In this document: in pieces, positions 36,938-47,835 of the stretch | How the letters are laid out: the number at the start of each line of letters is the position of its first letter | Position numbering within the stretch: position 1 is the stretch's first letter | Virus record (IMG/VR): IMGVR_UViG_3300032295_003763 | Coordinates: 1 to 64,000 of that record | DNA: 64,000 bases | Source: a virus | Taxonomy: Duplodnaviria; Caudoviricetes | Direction: 5' to 3' (one strand) | Made by a program: the position numbers and the translations under genes | The notes under the pieces: generated by a model | Database searches by the model: none | What the model was told of the DNA's origin: nothing | Seen by the model: the letters and a program-made list of their open reading frames with translations, nothing else

Positions 36938-37701
36938 TGTTTTCAGTTGTTATTCCAACACTCTGGCGTTCTCCATATTTATTAGATTTACTTAATTATT
37001 TAGATTCAATACATGAGATAGGTGAAATAATAATTATAGATAATGATCGAAATAAATCACAAAATTTAGATCAATTCTCAAAAGTAATACACATTAAAAA
37101 TCCTCAAAATAATTTTGTAAGTCCAAGTTGGAATCAAGGCGTAAAGTTAGCCTCATTCGATAAGATATGTCTCTTAAATGACGATGTTATTATACATAAA
37201 GATGTATTCTTATTGATGGATAATTTCATAAGCGAATCGGTAGGTTTAGTTGGTCTCTCTTCAGATGTCTATGAAAACTGTAAAGAATTTTTTAATAGTC
37301 TGGAAAAGCCTAGTAATTTAAAAATTTATCCAACTACTCAAAGAAACTTTGGATATGGGTGTTGTATGTTTATACACAAAAACAACTATAAGCATATACC
37401 AGATGAAATGAAAATTCAATACGGTGACGATTATATCTTTTACTCATTAGAGAAGATAAACTATGTTTTAGATGGGTTTACAATAGTAGGTAAAATCAGT
37501 GCGTCTCTATTAGATGAAAATTTACAAATCATAGATAAGGATTATGTAAATTCTATTTGTAAAAATGACCATAATGTATTCTGGAATGAAATGGAAAAAG
37601 GTGCCCTAACAAGAACACCTTTACACTCATACGACTCTGATAAACTTCAAGAATTATCTAATTATAAATGGAAATCTTCTAGTAACTATTATTTTGATTA
37701 A
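36937..37701 (+). CDS. family 2 glycosyltransferase
   Basis: FSVVIPT, EIIIIDN, SWNQG, LLNDD, YGDD. Confidence 0.9.
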   Translation: MFSVVIPTLWRSPYLLDLLNYLDSIHEIGEIIIIDNDRNKSQNLDQFSKVIHIKNPQNNFVSPSWNQGVKLASFDKICLLNDDVIIHKDVFLLMDNFISESVGLVGLSSDVYENCKEFFNSLEKPSNLKIYPTTQRNFGYGCCMFIHKNNYKHIPDEMKIQYGDDYIFYSLEKINYVLDGFTIVGKISASLLDENLQIIDKDYVNSICKNDHNVFWNEMEKGALTRTPLHSYDSDKLQELSNYKWKSSSNYYFD

Positions 37702-38288
37702 TCTTCAGATTTACCATACATTTCTTCAAAACTTTTAATGTGCTTACTCGTTCTGTGCATTTTTTTACCCTTTGTATCACCAGGTAATTCTTTATATGCT
37801 TCTGGATCATCATCAGGCATCTCTGCTTGTTTCTTCATCATTTCTTTCTTCTTCTCAATCGTAGATTTAGATAAACCTTTGAAATATTTATGTTCGCTTT
37901 CAGCTTCATTCGTTTTCTTTTTAATAAATTTCAATCCATCAGTATGTCCATTTCTAATGATGTCTTTAGCAACATCAGAATCTGATCCTCCTTTTGGATT
38001 TGATTTAGGACTACCCCACGTTGTCGATTTACCTGTCAAAAAACTTGCTAAACGAGCATAACCCCATTGTTGCTGACCAGCACCAGGTCTGTGTCCAGAT
38101 TTCCAAGCAGCCATTCCTCTTCTCATTATTATCCTCAAATAAGAAATTGGAACACCAGTAGTTTCTGATTTTTTCTTTAATGCCTTTTCAATAGCGGGAG
38201 AATCTATTGGAGAACGGTCCCCTTTAGCTTTATTTTCATTTAATTCATAGTCATTAATGAATTCTTCAAATAGTTTTATATTACTCAT
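37698..38288 (-). CDS. DUF5824-like viral protein with capsid-targeting-like N-terminus
   Basis: RRGMAAWKSGHRPGAGQQQWGYAR motif; MSNIKLFEEFIND start. Confidence 0.7.
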   Translation of the reverse strand: MSNIKLFEEFINDYELNENKAKGDRSPIDSPAIEKALKKKSETTGVPISYLRIIMRRGMAAWKSGHRPGAGQQQWGYARLASFLTGKSTTWGSPKSNPKGGSDSDVAKDIIRNGHTDGLKFIKKKTNEAESEHKYFKGLSKSTIEKKKEMMKKQAEMPDDDPEAYKELPGDTKGKKMHRTSKHIKSFEEMYGKSED

Positions 38289-38337
38289 TCTATCTATTAT
38301 GTTACTAGTCTAATATATATTCAAAATCTTAGGATTA

Positions 38338-38898
38338 TTATACCTTTAAAATGGCTTGCAGTTCTTTAGTTCCTGCGAACTCGTAGGGAGTTTCACCATG
38401 ATTATTTTGAATATCTCTATTGGCACCTGCATCTATAAGCATCAGGGCGATTTCTGGGCGATAATATTCAACAGCATAGTGTAATGCAGTATTACCAATT
38501 TCATCCTGTATATTCAAATCCGCCTTTGCATCAATCAACATTTGAACTATTTCTATGTAGTTCCATTTTGTAGCAAAAATCAAAGCAGTCCTACCTTTTT
38601 CATTTTGTACATTAACATCTACACCTGCATCTATAAGCATTTTTGCAATAATCTGCCTAATTTCTGTTCTATGGTCACTTGCAACCCAATGTAATATCGT
38701 ATTACCTTGATTAAAACCTTCTTCATCTTGCCAATCCAGCTTCGCACCTAATATAATTAAGTCCTGTATAAGATTGATATTTGGTTTATAAGATTGAACT
38801 TCACGTTTAATCATCTCAGCCTTCTTATTCGGTGGGATAATCATTAGTTCATAGGGGTCATGAGAATCAAAATCTTCAAAGAGTCGTAGATATTTCAT
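38338..38898 (-). CDS. ankyrin repeat protein with capsid-targeting-like N-terminus
   Basis: MKYLRLFEDF; GNTILH, GRTALI, GNTALH, GETPY; GATATATA at 38920. Confidence 0.9.
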   Translation of the reverse strand: MKYLRLFEDFDSHDPYELMIIPPNKKAEMIKREVQSYKPNINLIQDLIILGAKLDWQDEEGFNQGNTILHWVASDHRTEIRQIIAKMLIDAGVDVNVQNEKGRTALIFATKWNYIEIVQMLIDAKADLNIQDEIGNTALHYAVEYYRPEIALMLIDAGANRDIQNNHGETPYEFAGTKELQAILKV

Positions 38899-38934
38899 GG
38901 ACTACATATATTTTGGAAGTATATATCTATACTA

Positions 38935-40173
38935 CTATTTAATATCATCCATTACTATACTTTTCATTTCTTTTGCTAAATCTAATGGTGTTTTACCATA
39001 ATTGTCTTTTTCATTAGCATCTAACCCCAAATTTATAAGTACCCTAGCCATATCAACTTTACCTAACATAAATGCAGAATGTAATGGGGTTCTACCCAAA
39101 AAATCTTTTACATGTATATTCATACCATTCTTTATCAAAAGCTCTAATACATTTATTTTACCAGTAGATGCTACCATATGAGCCAAATTTACAAAACCAT
39201 CTTGAACATTTGTCATAGCACCATATTTCAATAACATCTTAATTAACTTAATAGATTCTTTTTCATCAGTAATATACACAGCTTTACAAATAGGAATACC
39301 CGAAACACAATCATTATCAATACCATCTACGTCTGCCCCATATGCTAAATATATTCTAGATAGTGATGATTTACCTTTTTCTAAAGCATTTAAAAATGCC
39401 TTTTGATAAAAAGATAACTCAGGCCTTTTAATGAATTCATATTCATTGCGTTCTATGTAATCTACAAACGCATCTAACACATCTGGATATTTAGCAAACA
39501 TTCCTTCTGGATCTATAGGTCTATCTTCTAAATCCATATATTGAGAGGTCTCTATATGAAATTGAATATTATTCTTAATCTCTCCATTTTTATAGTATAT
39601 GATTACAACAGGACCTTTTTCTGCATATCCCCAATATGTTCTATCATATCCTGAATGAGCAGTACACCAACGACTCCCAGAACCCCAAAAACACGCAGCA
39701 CGATGTGTTTTGGGAACAACAACAGAATATCTATCATTGTCTAATAGTACGTCAAACTCTCCATCAACTGCTGTATCTCCCTTTAATTGCTTTTTAGATA
39801 GTGTTTCTTCTTTATTATCTTTATATTCTTTGATCTTATCCCAAAGATCATTCAAATTCTTGTAGTTAAGAATGTTACGCTCATCTAAACTTAATTTATT
39901 CTGAACCTTTTCAAATAATTCAAGAGATTCTGTTATTTTGTACAAATCTTCTATAAAAATTTCATACGGTGTATGTTTAAATAGATCTGTCATCCAACGC
40001 AAATACTTGCCTCTATTTGTTGGATCCGCATGGAACATTAAAAGAAGCGAGTCGGCATCCAATTCAATATTATTGATGTCTTTGATGTTTTGCTGTAAGA
40101 TTCTTATAAATCTTTCTTTAACTTTATCATTTACATCAAATGATTTTATTTTACGTATTTGCTTATTTTCCAT
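38935..40173 (-). CDS. WCT-motif domain + ankyrin repeat protein (paralog of 34067)
   Basis: ADPT, EDLYKIT, LSKKQLKGD, ACFWGSGSRWCTA; GRTPLH, GKTPLD. Confidence 0.8.
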   Translation of the reverse strand: MENKQIRKIKSFDVNDKVKERFIRILQQNIKDINNIELDADSLLLMFHADPTNRGKYLRWMTDLFKHTPYEIFIEDLYKITESLELFEKVQNKLSLDERNILNYKNLNDLWDKIKEYKDNKEETLSKKQLKGDTAVDGEFDVLLDNDRYSVVVPKTHRAACFWGSGSRWCTAHSGYDRTYWGYAEKGPVVIIYYKNGEIKNNIQFHIETSQYMDLEDRPIDPEGMFAKYPDVLDAFVDYIERNEYEFIKRPELSFYQKAFLNALEKGKSSLSRIYLAYGADVDGIDNDCVSGIPICKAVYITDEKESIKLIKMLLKYGAMTNVQDGFVNLAHMVASTGKINVLELLIKNGMNIHVKDFLGRTPLHSAFMLGKVDMARVLINLGLDANEKDNYGKTPLDLAKEMKSIVMDDIK

Positions 40174-40175
40174 TA

Positions 40176-40730
40176 TTATTTGAAAAGTTTATCTTGTTCT
40201 ATTATAGATTTAATTCTATTGATACTATCTTCCAGCACATCATTTTCTACTACAATATCAAATAAGTTAGATGCTTCCATTTCCATTTCATATCGTTCTA
40301 ATCTTTTATTAGCATCTTTTACTGATTCCGTAGATCTTTTCATTATTCTTTTCATCAATTCTTCTTTGCTAGGTGGTTTTAAAAAAATCAGGACTTTTTT
40401 ATTTTTTAATAACCTTTGTATTCTTTTTGCACCAAGCACATCTATGATTAAAAATGAAACCTCAGAATCGGAATTAAATTCGGATTTCAAGGTACCATAT
40501 AATTCACCATGTACATCTTGCCATTCTATGAATTCATTATTCTCAATTTTATCCAAAAATTCTTTTCTTGAAACATAATAATAACTAATACCATGCACCT
40601 CTCCTTCTCTTTTTCTTCGAGTGGTGCATGTTATTATTTTCTTTGAATTTGGTATTATTGATAATAAAGAGCGAACTATGGTATCTTTACCACAGCCACT
40701 TGGGGAAGATATAATAATTGTTTTGTTCAT
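40176..40730 (-). CDS. gmk: guanylate kinase
   Basis: SPSGCGKDT, TTRRKREGEVHG.SYYYV, FIEW..VHG.LYGT, IDVLGA. Confidence 0.93.
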   Translation of the reverse strand: MNKTIIISSPSGCGKDTIVRSLLSIIPNSKKIITCTTRRKREGEVHGISYYYVSRKEFLDKIENNEFIEWQDVHGELYGTLKSEFNSDSEVSFLIIDVLGAKRIQRLLKNKKVLIFLKPPSKEELMKRIMKRSTESVKDANKRLERYEMEMEASNLFDIVVENDVLEDSINRIKSIIEQDKLFK

Positions 40731-40791
40731 TATTATTATATGCTTAGTTGTAGATTAGTTTATATTTCTGTTAACTTCAAATATAAGAAAT

Positions 40792-41457
40792 TTACAGAGA
40801 ATTTAACATACTAATAAGCTCAGGTTGTGGATGGCAATCAGTTTTATCCTTTCTATAGTTAACATGTGTCCATAAACCACCTGCGCCATTTAGAGCAGCC
40901 TTTGATACATTAAATGTATCTATGCTCCAAGGAGTCTCGCGTTTTAATGATATTCCAAATTCTTGAGAAATCCATCCTAATACATGACGCAATGATTCTA
41001 GTTGTTTTTCAGTATATTTATGGAAATATCTATATCCCCTCCAATTTACACCTAAATCATAAACATCAGTATCTGCCATTGGTTTTTTTACATAATTATA
41101 GAATTTACCATCTTTACCTAAAGTAATTGGACCATAATTACATATTTCTATACCTATACTTTTCTTATCTAATCGACCATTAGTTCCCTTAACGCCTAAA
41201 TGCCATGCCCAATATTTAGGTTCAAATGCCATTACAACCACGCCATCGTGAGTTGTATCTATTTTAGTAGTGCTTCTACCACCTATTGTAAATGCAGTTG
41301 CTACCCTACCTCTAGTATCATTACCCCAAGAGTTTACAGTCCAGACTGGATTATGACCTCCAGCCGTATGATGAATCACTATAGAATCCTTTTTGGATTC
41401 CTTCTTAACGTACTCACTTTCTGCTAAAAAATGTTGTTGTATCACAGTCCAAGACAT
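40792..41457 (-). CDS. N-acetylmuramoyl-L-alanine amidase (Amidase_2)
   Basis: IVIHHTAG, AWHLG, SIGIEICN, THVNYRKDKTDC; GATATATA at 41488. Confidence 0.9.
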   Translation of the reverse strand: MSWTVIQQHFLAESEYVKKESKKDSIVIHHTAGGHNPVWTVNSWGNDTRGRVATAFTIGGRSTTKIDTTHDGVVVMAFEPKYWAWHLGVKGTNGRLDKKSIGIEICNYGPITLGKDGKFYNYVKKPMADTDVYDLGVNWRGYRYFHKYTEKQLESLRHVLGWISQEFGISLKRETPWSIDTFNVSKAALNGAGGLWTHVNYRKDKTDCHPQPELISMLNSL

Positions 41458-41487
41458 AATTTTAAATTAGGTTTCTAATTGTATTTC

Positions 41488-41524
41488 TATATATCCTTTC
41501 ACAATATTTTTTAATAGATATATA
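41488..41524. promoter_or_regulatory. back-to-back putative late promoters
   Basis: TATATATC at 41488 (minus) and GATATATA at 41517 (plus) between divergent genes. Confidence 0.65.
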
Positions 41525-41551
41525 CTAAAACACATAAAGGATAATATACTT

Positions 41552-44500
41552 ATGCCAAGCGTTTCTTTAAATAATTTAAGATTTTTTGATAAATCAGGTT
41601 CTGATATTAGCCCTATCATTTCAAATGATATTTGGACAGCTTCATTAAGAATACCTGATACTTCTGTTGGATTACATGAAGTTGCACATGTATTTATAGG
41701 TGAAGATGTAATAAACTCTTCAAATATAGTTACTAGAAGTGCTACAACTGTATTAAACTCCCCATTGGTCACTTTCACAAGCGGTACTACGAAAAATGTG
41801 AAAGCTGGTATGTGGATTCAAGGAAATAATATACCAACAGGTAGTTCTGTACAATCTGTAAAAAATCAAACACAAATATTTATAGATTCTGAACTAGGTG
41901 CAAGTGCTACAGGAAGCACTACATTAGAAATGCATCCCAAAAGATATGATTTGACATTTCCTAGAACTAATAATTCATCCAAGATCAGAGCAAGACTTGA
42001 ACAAGAATCTGAAATTTTTTATTTATTTGATGTTGCTTATGAAGAAACTTTACCTGTAATTAATAAAGTCAATTCATTTACTTTTAATCTAGATGATGGG
42101 AGTTCTGATACAGAATTGTTTAATCATAGAGAATTAAGTTCATCTGATATTAGAAAAGAACTTATTCAAATTAATATTGCATCCACTTCAAAAGTTGAAG
42201 GTGCTTATACAAGTACTCTCATTATAGAAGAAATAGATACAAATGAAAATGTTACAACATTAGCTCAAATTTCTCTAATTTTTGAATCAATAGGAGAAGA
42301 TGAAAGATTTAAGAGTATGTTGGAAAACTTCGGTAAATCAATAGATTCTAAAGAATATATCGCATTTAGAAATACTGATATAAAAGAAGATAAAGTTAAT
42401 TATAAAGAACTCAATACTAAGCGTAAAGAAATGCTACTTGCTGGTGGAGATATTTGGCCTTACTTGGGTTCTTATAAAGGTTTAATTAATGCTCTAAAGT
42501 ATTTTGGATATGGTGATTTGCGTTTAAAAGAATATTGGCTTAATGTAGACCAAAATTCTAAGAATGAAGGTAAGATGATCACTATGAATGTTCCTTTATC
42601 TTTAGATTATACTGACAAAGAATTTGAAGATTATAAACGTTTCATAAATGGAATAGTACCAAATCAGCCATCTAAGGTATTTAGAAAAACTGCAAAGTTT
42701 GGTTTATTTTATGATTTAAATAGAGATACAGGGGATTTTGATGAAGATGGTTTACCTATTACCGAAGATGTTTTCGAATTTACAAATGAAGAAATTCTTG
42801 TAAAACTTTTCAGTCTTAAAAATATATTAAAAGAAAAGTTTTTACCACTTAATGCGAGAATCGTTGATATCACTGGAGAAGGTGTATATTACGATAATAT
42901 AGGAATTAATACATGGAATATACCTACACCTACAATTCATGTAGATGTTGAAAAGGATTTAGAATTTGAGGCTTCACCTATTAGAGGATATTTAGAAGAT
43001 TTAACAAGCCAATTTACAAATAATTGTGATTTAACCATATCAACAAAACTATCTGAAAAAGCAGATATGGATGTTTTGGATTATGCGTATTGTATGATTG
43101 AAACAGAACTTGATGCAGATGGTAATCCAATAGTTGAAAAACATCCAAGATATGCTAGAAAAATTGGTTTTCAAACCACAATAACCAACCTTACAGATGA
43201 CTATGTTTGGGATGAATTAACTATGTCATGGGAAGAGGCTGGAGAAAGAACTTGGGATAATCTTCGTTATCAAGATTATCAAACTATGCGTTGGATTGTT
43301 AGGTCAGTAGAACGCAATGTAATAGTATATGATAAAGGAGGAGCTATCGGTGAACTCGATATTATTACTGTAACTTTACCATATCTCGGTTTTTATGATG
43401 TAACTTTAGAATTAGTTGATCACTTTAATTTCCCACATAGACAAACTAAGAGAAATTATATCGAAGTAAGACCTAAGGAAGCTGATATCTCTGCAATATT
43501 TAGGTCTCACGAGGTTTACGAAACTTGGGAAGAAATAGAAGACACAGAATCCGACCTAGCATTAGCGGATATGCATGGAACCTGGATGGATATTACAATA
43601 AATGAAGATACTACATGGACAGAAGTTGGAGATTTAACATGGGAAGCTGTAGATTTTAATAGATATTCAAATCAAGATAACCTATTCGATTATTTCGATG
43701 GTTCTTTAGTAAATAATTCTAACGAAAAGGTTGGACAAGTTTCAGGTATTGATCCAGATAAACAAATAGTAAAGGTTAAAGGATTTAATAACTCTCTTTT
43801 ACGCAATGCTAGACAACAAAATGCTTATTTTTTCAAAGACAGAAACAATTCAGATGTGCTTTTGTTAGATATTGTTGCAAATGCAGCTGGATCAGCATTT
43901 TCTGTTAAAACTTTTGATAATTATGATATCTTTTTCGTTTCAGCTAATGAGGGTTTCATTGCTGGTAAAAATGGAAAGTTGATGAGTACAAATAATGGTG
44001 GTTTAACTTGGGAAGCTGAAGATAGTGATACAGTAAATAATTTAAACTCTATTTATTTTACAAGTCCTAAAAACGGATGGATTGTAGGTAATTATGGTAC
44101 TGTTGTTAACTATAGGATTGACAACGATGGTATAAAGACTATAACCCCAAGATTTATAGCAGCATTAAAAAATTTGAATGGCGTTCATTTTATTGATGAA
44201 TCAACAGGCTATATCGCTGGAGATTCTACTATACTTAAAACTACCGACGGTGGAAACATTTGGAATACTGTTGCACCAAATTCATTTAACGAAATTGTAA
44301 ATGATATTTATTTCCCATCTTCAATTTTAGGTGTAATCGTTACTCAAAATGGAAAAATTTATAGAACTATAGATGGTGGAGAGAATTGGATAAATGTAGC
44401 GAGTTATAACGGTGCAATAACTAGTGTACATTTTTATGATAATCTTTACGGTTGGGCTGCATTTAGTGATGGGACTAACCATAAAGTTTTAAGAACTGTT

Positions 44501-47239
44501 AATGGTGGTCTTACTTGGACTGAAAATATAATACCTGTACCTTCAGATTCTATAAGATTTATCAGCAGGCAAGTAGGATATGCTTCAGGATTATTCACAT
44601 CGCCATCATCGTTTGGGGTTGTTTTGAGAACTCAAGATGGAGGGAGCACATGGCAAATACTCTATTCAAGTTCAGTAGAAATAGTCAATAAAGTATTCCC
44701 TATTAATTTTCAAACTATTTATGCCTGTGGTTTAAATGGTTCAATCATTAAAACAGTTAATGGTGGCGTAGGTCCTCTCCAATGGACAAGTCAAACAGCA
44801 AATCAGAAAGATTATTTCCCATTAGGTGATGAAAATAATGTATGGATAACTCAAGCTTATAATGGTACTATTTTTCAACATGAACAAGCTATTTTAGTTA
44901 TTAAACATACACCTAGTACAATTAATTGGTTGAATGAAAATACAATAATCACAACTTGGCCAGTAGGTTCTATTCAATCTGCAATCGATGCACGTTATAT
45001 ATTTTTCAATACAAATAATGGAAGAAAACAATTTACAATTAAATCCTCTAAATTATCAATAACAAATGAAGTCGAATTTACTTTAGATCAATATGTTTAT
45101 AATAATAATGAATATACTTCTGGTTTTGTAGTTCAACATTATTCATCTGTTGTTATTGATAATAAGCCTAAGTCTGAATCTGGAGGATTAAGAATACGAT
45201 GGTCTAACACTTGGACTGGAAGTATAGTTGATTTTCTTCAAAATATGATGATAATGCTAAGATTAGAGTCAAAGGATTTATATTGTAATGTTCTAGATAT
45301 GGAATTTATTGGCGATGAAGCAATATTAACTATGGATTATAGTTGTAATGTCATTAAAAAATTAGATCCTAATTACAACGTAGCATTAAAAGAATATGAT
45401 ATAGAACAAGCTAATACAAAAATGGGTACACTCAACCTTTCATGGGAGACTTTCTGTAAAGATGTAACATGGAATGATATGAGATCTAAAACTTGGAATG
45501 ATTTTGAATTTAATGGTTATTCTTATTGTTCTTTTGTTATTACAAAAGTTTCTCGCGGTGGAGTCATTAAAATAGACGATAAACACTTTTTCCAATTTCC
45601 TACAGAAGAAGTAAAAGAGCTAGAAGGTCAAATCACTCAAGGTAGTGGTTTTGTAACAGTTGGTACATATGAATTTACAGCCGAAACTGAAGCTGATAGT
45701 GTATATGTGTATGTAGATGATATTAAAGATTTAGTAGTCGGTATGCTTGTTACTGGTGGAGGTATTCAATCTGATACATTTATAGAAGCAATAGAAGATG
45801 AAACTCCTTATCACGCAAAACGTTTTAAAATGACAAAAAATGCAACCGCAACTGGAACAGCAAGCGTAATATGTTCTATCGTAAATGTTCTAACTATGGA
45901 ATTGGGCATGCAGGTGCATGGAGAGGGTATTGAGCCTGGATCTGTTATCACATATCTAGATGGTATCACCCCATATTATTACAATACATTCATCATGTCA
46001 TTACCAGCAACTCAAACTGGTTCAACTAAAATTAAGTTTTCAGCACCAAATCTAACATTGTTAGAAGCTGTGGATTATCTTAATAAAAGTGATGTAGAAG
46101 GTATCAAAGATTTTTATTATTCAGTCCCCCTCCTTGATGATGGTGTAACTTATGCTGATTTCATATTAGCACAAGCTAAAACCCCAGGAGTTTCTGGATT
46201 ACATTATTTTGAATTTTTATATGGCGTGGAATCCGATTGGGAAGATGATCCATCACACTCACATTCATATCCACTTGGTATAATGAAACAATGGACAAAA
46301 TCTGAAGCCGATGGTGGTGAACCTCTAGGTATAAATAATCCCCCACTATGGAATTATTTGTATTCTACATATTATGAATTTGGAGAATGGTTCCCAGTCC
46401 CAGAACTGCTTGGTGAATATTCTGAAGCTTTAGAATCTACCCGTGCTCTTTATACACAAGCATTAGATGGATCATTTAATTGGCAAGACACAAAAATTAA
46501 GAGATGGAAATCTAAAATAACACCAGGTACAACTGTATTCTTCAATTCATTTCCTTCCAGAATCGCTGGCATAAATAATCATGAATGGAAAATTTATGAC
46601 AATAGAAATCAACTTATGGCAAGTGTTAAAAATGAATTTCTTATTTGGACATTTTGTGAACCAGGTAACTATTCTATAGAATTACAAGTATCTGATATAG
46701 AAGATAATACTTATTTAGTAAGAAGAAATGGATTCGTAGAAGTGGAAAGTCCTGAAGTTATAAATCATTATTTACCTGGATTAGGTTGGTCACCACCAGA
46801 AATACCACCAAGTGCTCCAGTTCCTCCAGCTGTAACTCCACCTTTAGTGGTTGAACCTGAGCCTGCACCACCAGTGTACAGAAATACAAATACTGATACA
46901 CCACTAAAGTATGAATTTACTTTCAGTTATGTACCAGTACTTGCAACAGGTATCTATGGAAATACATTCGGGGTCGTGTGGCCAAGTCTTGAGATAAAAG
47001 CAGCTGCACTTACAGTAAAAGAATTTTATGTTGAATATAAGGATAATGGTGTAATAAAAACTAAAAAGTTTGATATTGAAAGAATAACCGTACCAGAAAA
47101 TTATCCGTTATTTACAATTTTTGAAGCCACTACTGAAAGTGTTCAAGAATATTACAACTTAAAAGAGTTTGGAACATTCTATGATGTTATCTTAACTGAA
47201 AGAACATATATTATCCCTAAATCAAATTTCAATCAATAA
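41552..47239 (+). CDS. large virion structural protein (baseplate/tail-like) with BNR/YCF48-like beta-propeller and PKD-like domains
   Basis: GSYKGLINALKYFGY; repeated (S/T)xxGGxxW boxes; PKD-like GFYDVTLEL and WTFCEPGNYSIELQV; three GMxVxGxxI modules. Confidence 0.75.
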   Translation: MPSVSLNNLRFFDKSGSDISPIISNDIWTASLRIPDTSVGLHEVAHVFIGEDVINSSNIVTRSATTVLNSPLVTFTSGTTKNVKAGMWIQGNNIPTGSSVQSVKNQTQIFIDSELGASATGSTTLEMHPKRYDLTFPRTNNSSKIRARLEQESEIFYLFDVAYEETLPVINKVNSFTFNLDDGSSDTELFNHRELSSSDIRKELIQINIASTSKVEGAYTSTLIIEEIDTNENVTTLAQISLIFESIGEDERFKSMLENFGKSIDSKEYIAFRNTDIKEDKVNYKELNTKRKEMLLAGGDIWPYLGSYKGLINALKYFGYGDLRLKEYWLNVDQNSKNEGKMITMNVPLSLDYTDKEFEDYKRFINGIVPNQPSKVFRKTAKFGLFYDLNRDTGDFDEDGLPITEDVFEFTNEEILVKLFSLKNILKEKFLPLNARIVDITGEGVYYDNIGINTWNIPTPTIHVDVEKDLEFEASPIRGYLEDLTSQFTNNCDLTISTKLSEKADMDVLDYAYCMIETELDADGNPIVEKHPRYARKIGFQTTITNLTDDYVWDELTMSWEEAGERTWDNLRYQDYQTMRWIVRSVERNVIVYDKGGAIGELDIITVTLPYLGFYDVTLELVDHFNFPHRQTKRNYIEVRPKEADISAIFRSHEVYETWEEIEDTESDLALADMHGTWMDITINEDTTWTEVGDLTWEAVDFNRYSNQDNLFDYFDGSLVNNSNEKVGQVSGIDPDKQIVKVKGFNNSLLRNARQQNAYFFKDRNNSDVLLLDIVANAAGSAFSVKTFDNYDIFFVSANEGFIAGKNGKLMSTNNGGLTWEAEDSDTVNNLNSIYFTSPKNGWIVGNYGTVVNYRIDNDGIKTITPRFIAALKNLNGVHFIDESTGYIAGDSTILKTTDGGNIWNTVAPNSFNEIVNDIYFPSSILGVIVTQNGKIYRTIDGGENWINVASYNGAITSVHFYDNLYGWAAFSDGTNHKVLRTVNGGLTWTENIIPVPSDSIRFISRQVGYASGLFTSPSSFGVVLRTQDGGSTWQILYSSSVEIVNKVFPINFQTIYACGLNGSIIKTVNGGVGPLQWTSQTANQKDYFPLGDENNVWITQAYNGTIFQHEQAILVIKHTPSTINWLNENTIITTWPVGSIQSAIDARYIFFNTNNGRKQFTIKSSKLSITNEVEFTLDQYVYNNNEYTSGFVVQHYSSVVIDNKPKSESGGLRIRWSNTWTGSIVDFLQNMMIMLRLESKDLYCNVLDMEFIGDEAILTMDYSCNVIKKLDPNYNVALKEYDIEQANTKMGTLNLSWETFCKDVTWNDMRSKTWNDFEFNGYSYCSFVITKVSRGGVIKIDDKHFFQFPTEEVKELEGQITQGSGFVTVGTYEFTAETEADSVYVYVDDIKDLVVGMLVTGGGIQSDTFIEAIEDETPYHAKRFKMTKNATATGTASVICSIVNVLTMELGMQVHGEGIEPGSVITYLDGITPYYYNTFIMSLPATQTGSTKIKFSAPNLTLLEAVDYLNKSDVEGIKDFYYSVPLLDDGVTYADFILAQAKTPGVSGLHYFEFLYGVESDWEDDPSHSHSYPLGIMKQWTKSEADGGEPLGINNPPLWNYLYSTYYEFGEWFPVPELLGEYSEALESTRALYTQALDGSFNWQDTKIKRWKSKITPGTTVFFNSFPSRIAGINNHEWKIYDNRNQLMASVKNEFLIWTFCEPGNYSIELQVSDIEDNTYLVRRNGFVEVESPEVINHYLPGLGWSPPEIPPSAPVPPAVTPPLVVEPEPAPPVYRNTNTDTPLKYEFTFSYVPVLATGIYGNTFGVVWPSLEIKAAALTVKEFYVEYKDNGVIKTKKFDIERITVPENYPLFTIFEATTESVQEYYNLKEFGTFYDVILTERTYIIPKSNFNQ

Positions 47240-47805
47240 CCAAATAGATTGTGAAATGTCCAAGTATGTAAACTTGGAAATATAAACCAAAGTATAAGCC
47301 ACAATGTTAATCCTATGAAAGATATTGTGGCTAATTCTTTTCCAGTTGTATCTCTACCCATTATTCTGTTGTATATTCCCAGAGGTGTCCACCAAACCCA
47401 TGGCATATTTCCATAGCTATACAAATCATCTTGTTTTTTGAGTAAGTAATAAAATAAAACATCACACAATCCAATCCACCAAAGAATAATATAGCCAATA
47501 GTTACCCATATTAAACCACCTGAGACTGATGTTGCCAAAGCTGCTACAATATATTGATATGTCGTCTGATCAATCCTATATCGAACTATATTCATACGTT
47601 CTTCAGAATGTACTACACTTTCCCAGCCAATTGAATCAAACGCTGTAAATGACATAAGTGCATATGCAAGAATAAGAGGGGGATAAATTGGAGTAAAACT
47701 CGCATAAATTAAACCAAAAAGAGAAATCACAAGAGTTAAAAACGCATAATCTTTTGTGGCTAATTTTATAAAAAGCTCCATATCATTTGAGAAATCTTTA
47801 AACAT
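47233..47805 (-). CDS. multi-pass membrane protein
   Basis: Four to five hydrophobic segments. Confidence 0.75.
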   Translation of the reverse strand: MFKDFSNDMELFIKLATKDYAFLTLVISLFGLIYASFTPIYPPLILAYALMSFTAFDSIGWESVVHSEERMNIVRYRIDQTTYQYIVAALATSVSGGLIWVTIGYIILWWIGLCDVLFYYLLKKQDDLYSYGNMPWVWWTPLGIYNRIMGRDTTGKELATISFIGLTLWLILWFIFPSLHTWTFHNLFGY

Positions 47806-47835
47806 AAACTTTCCTTTTTAAAGTATATAGCTTAA

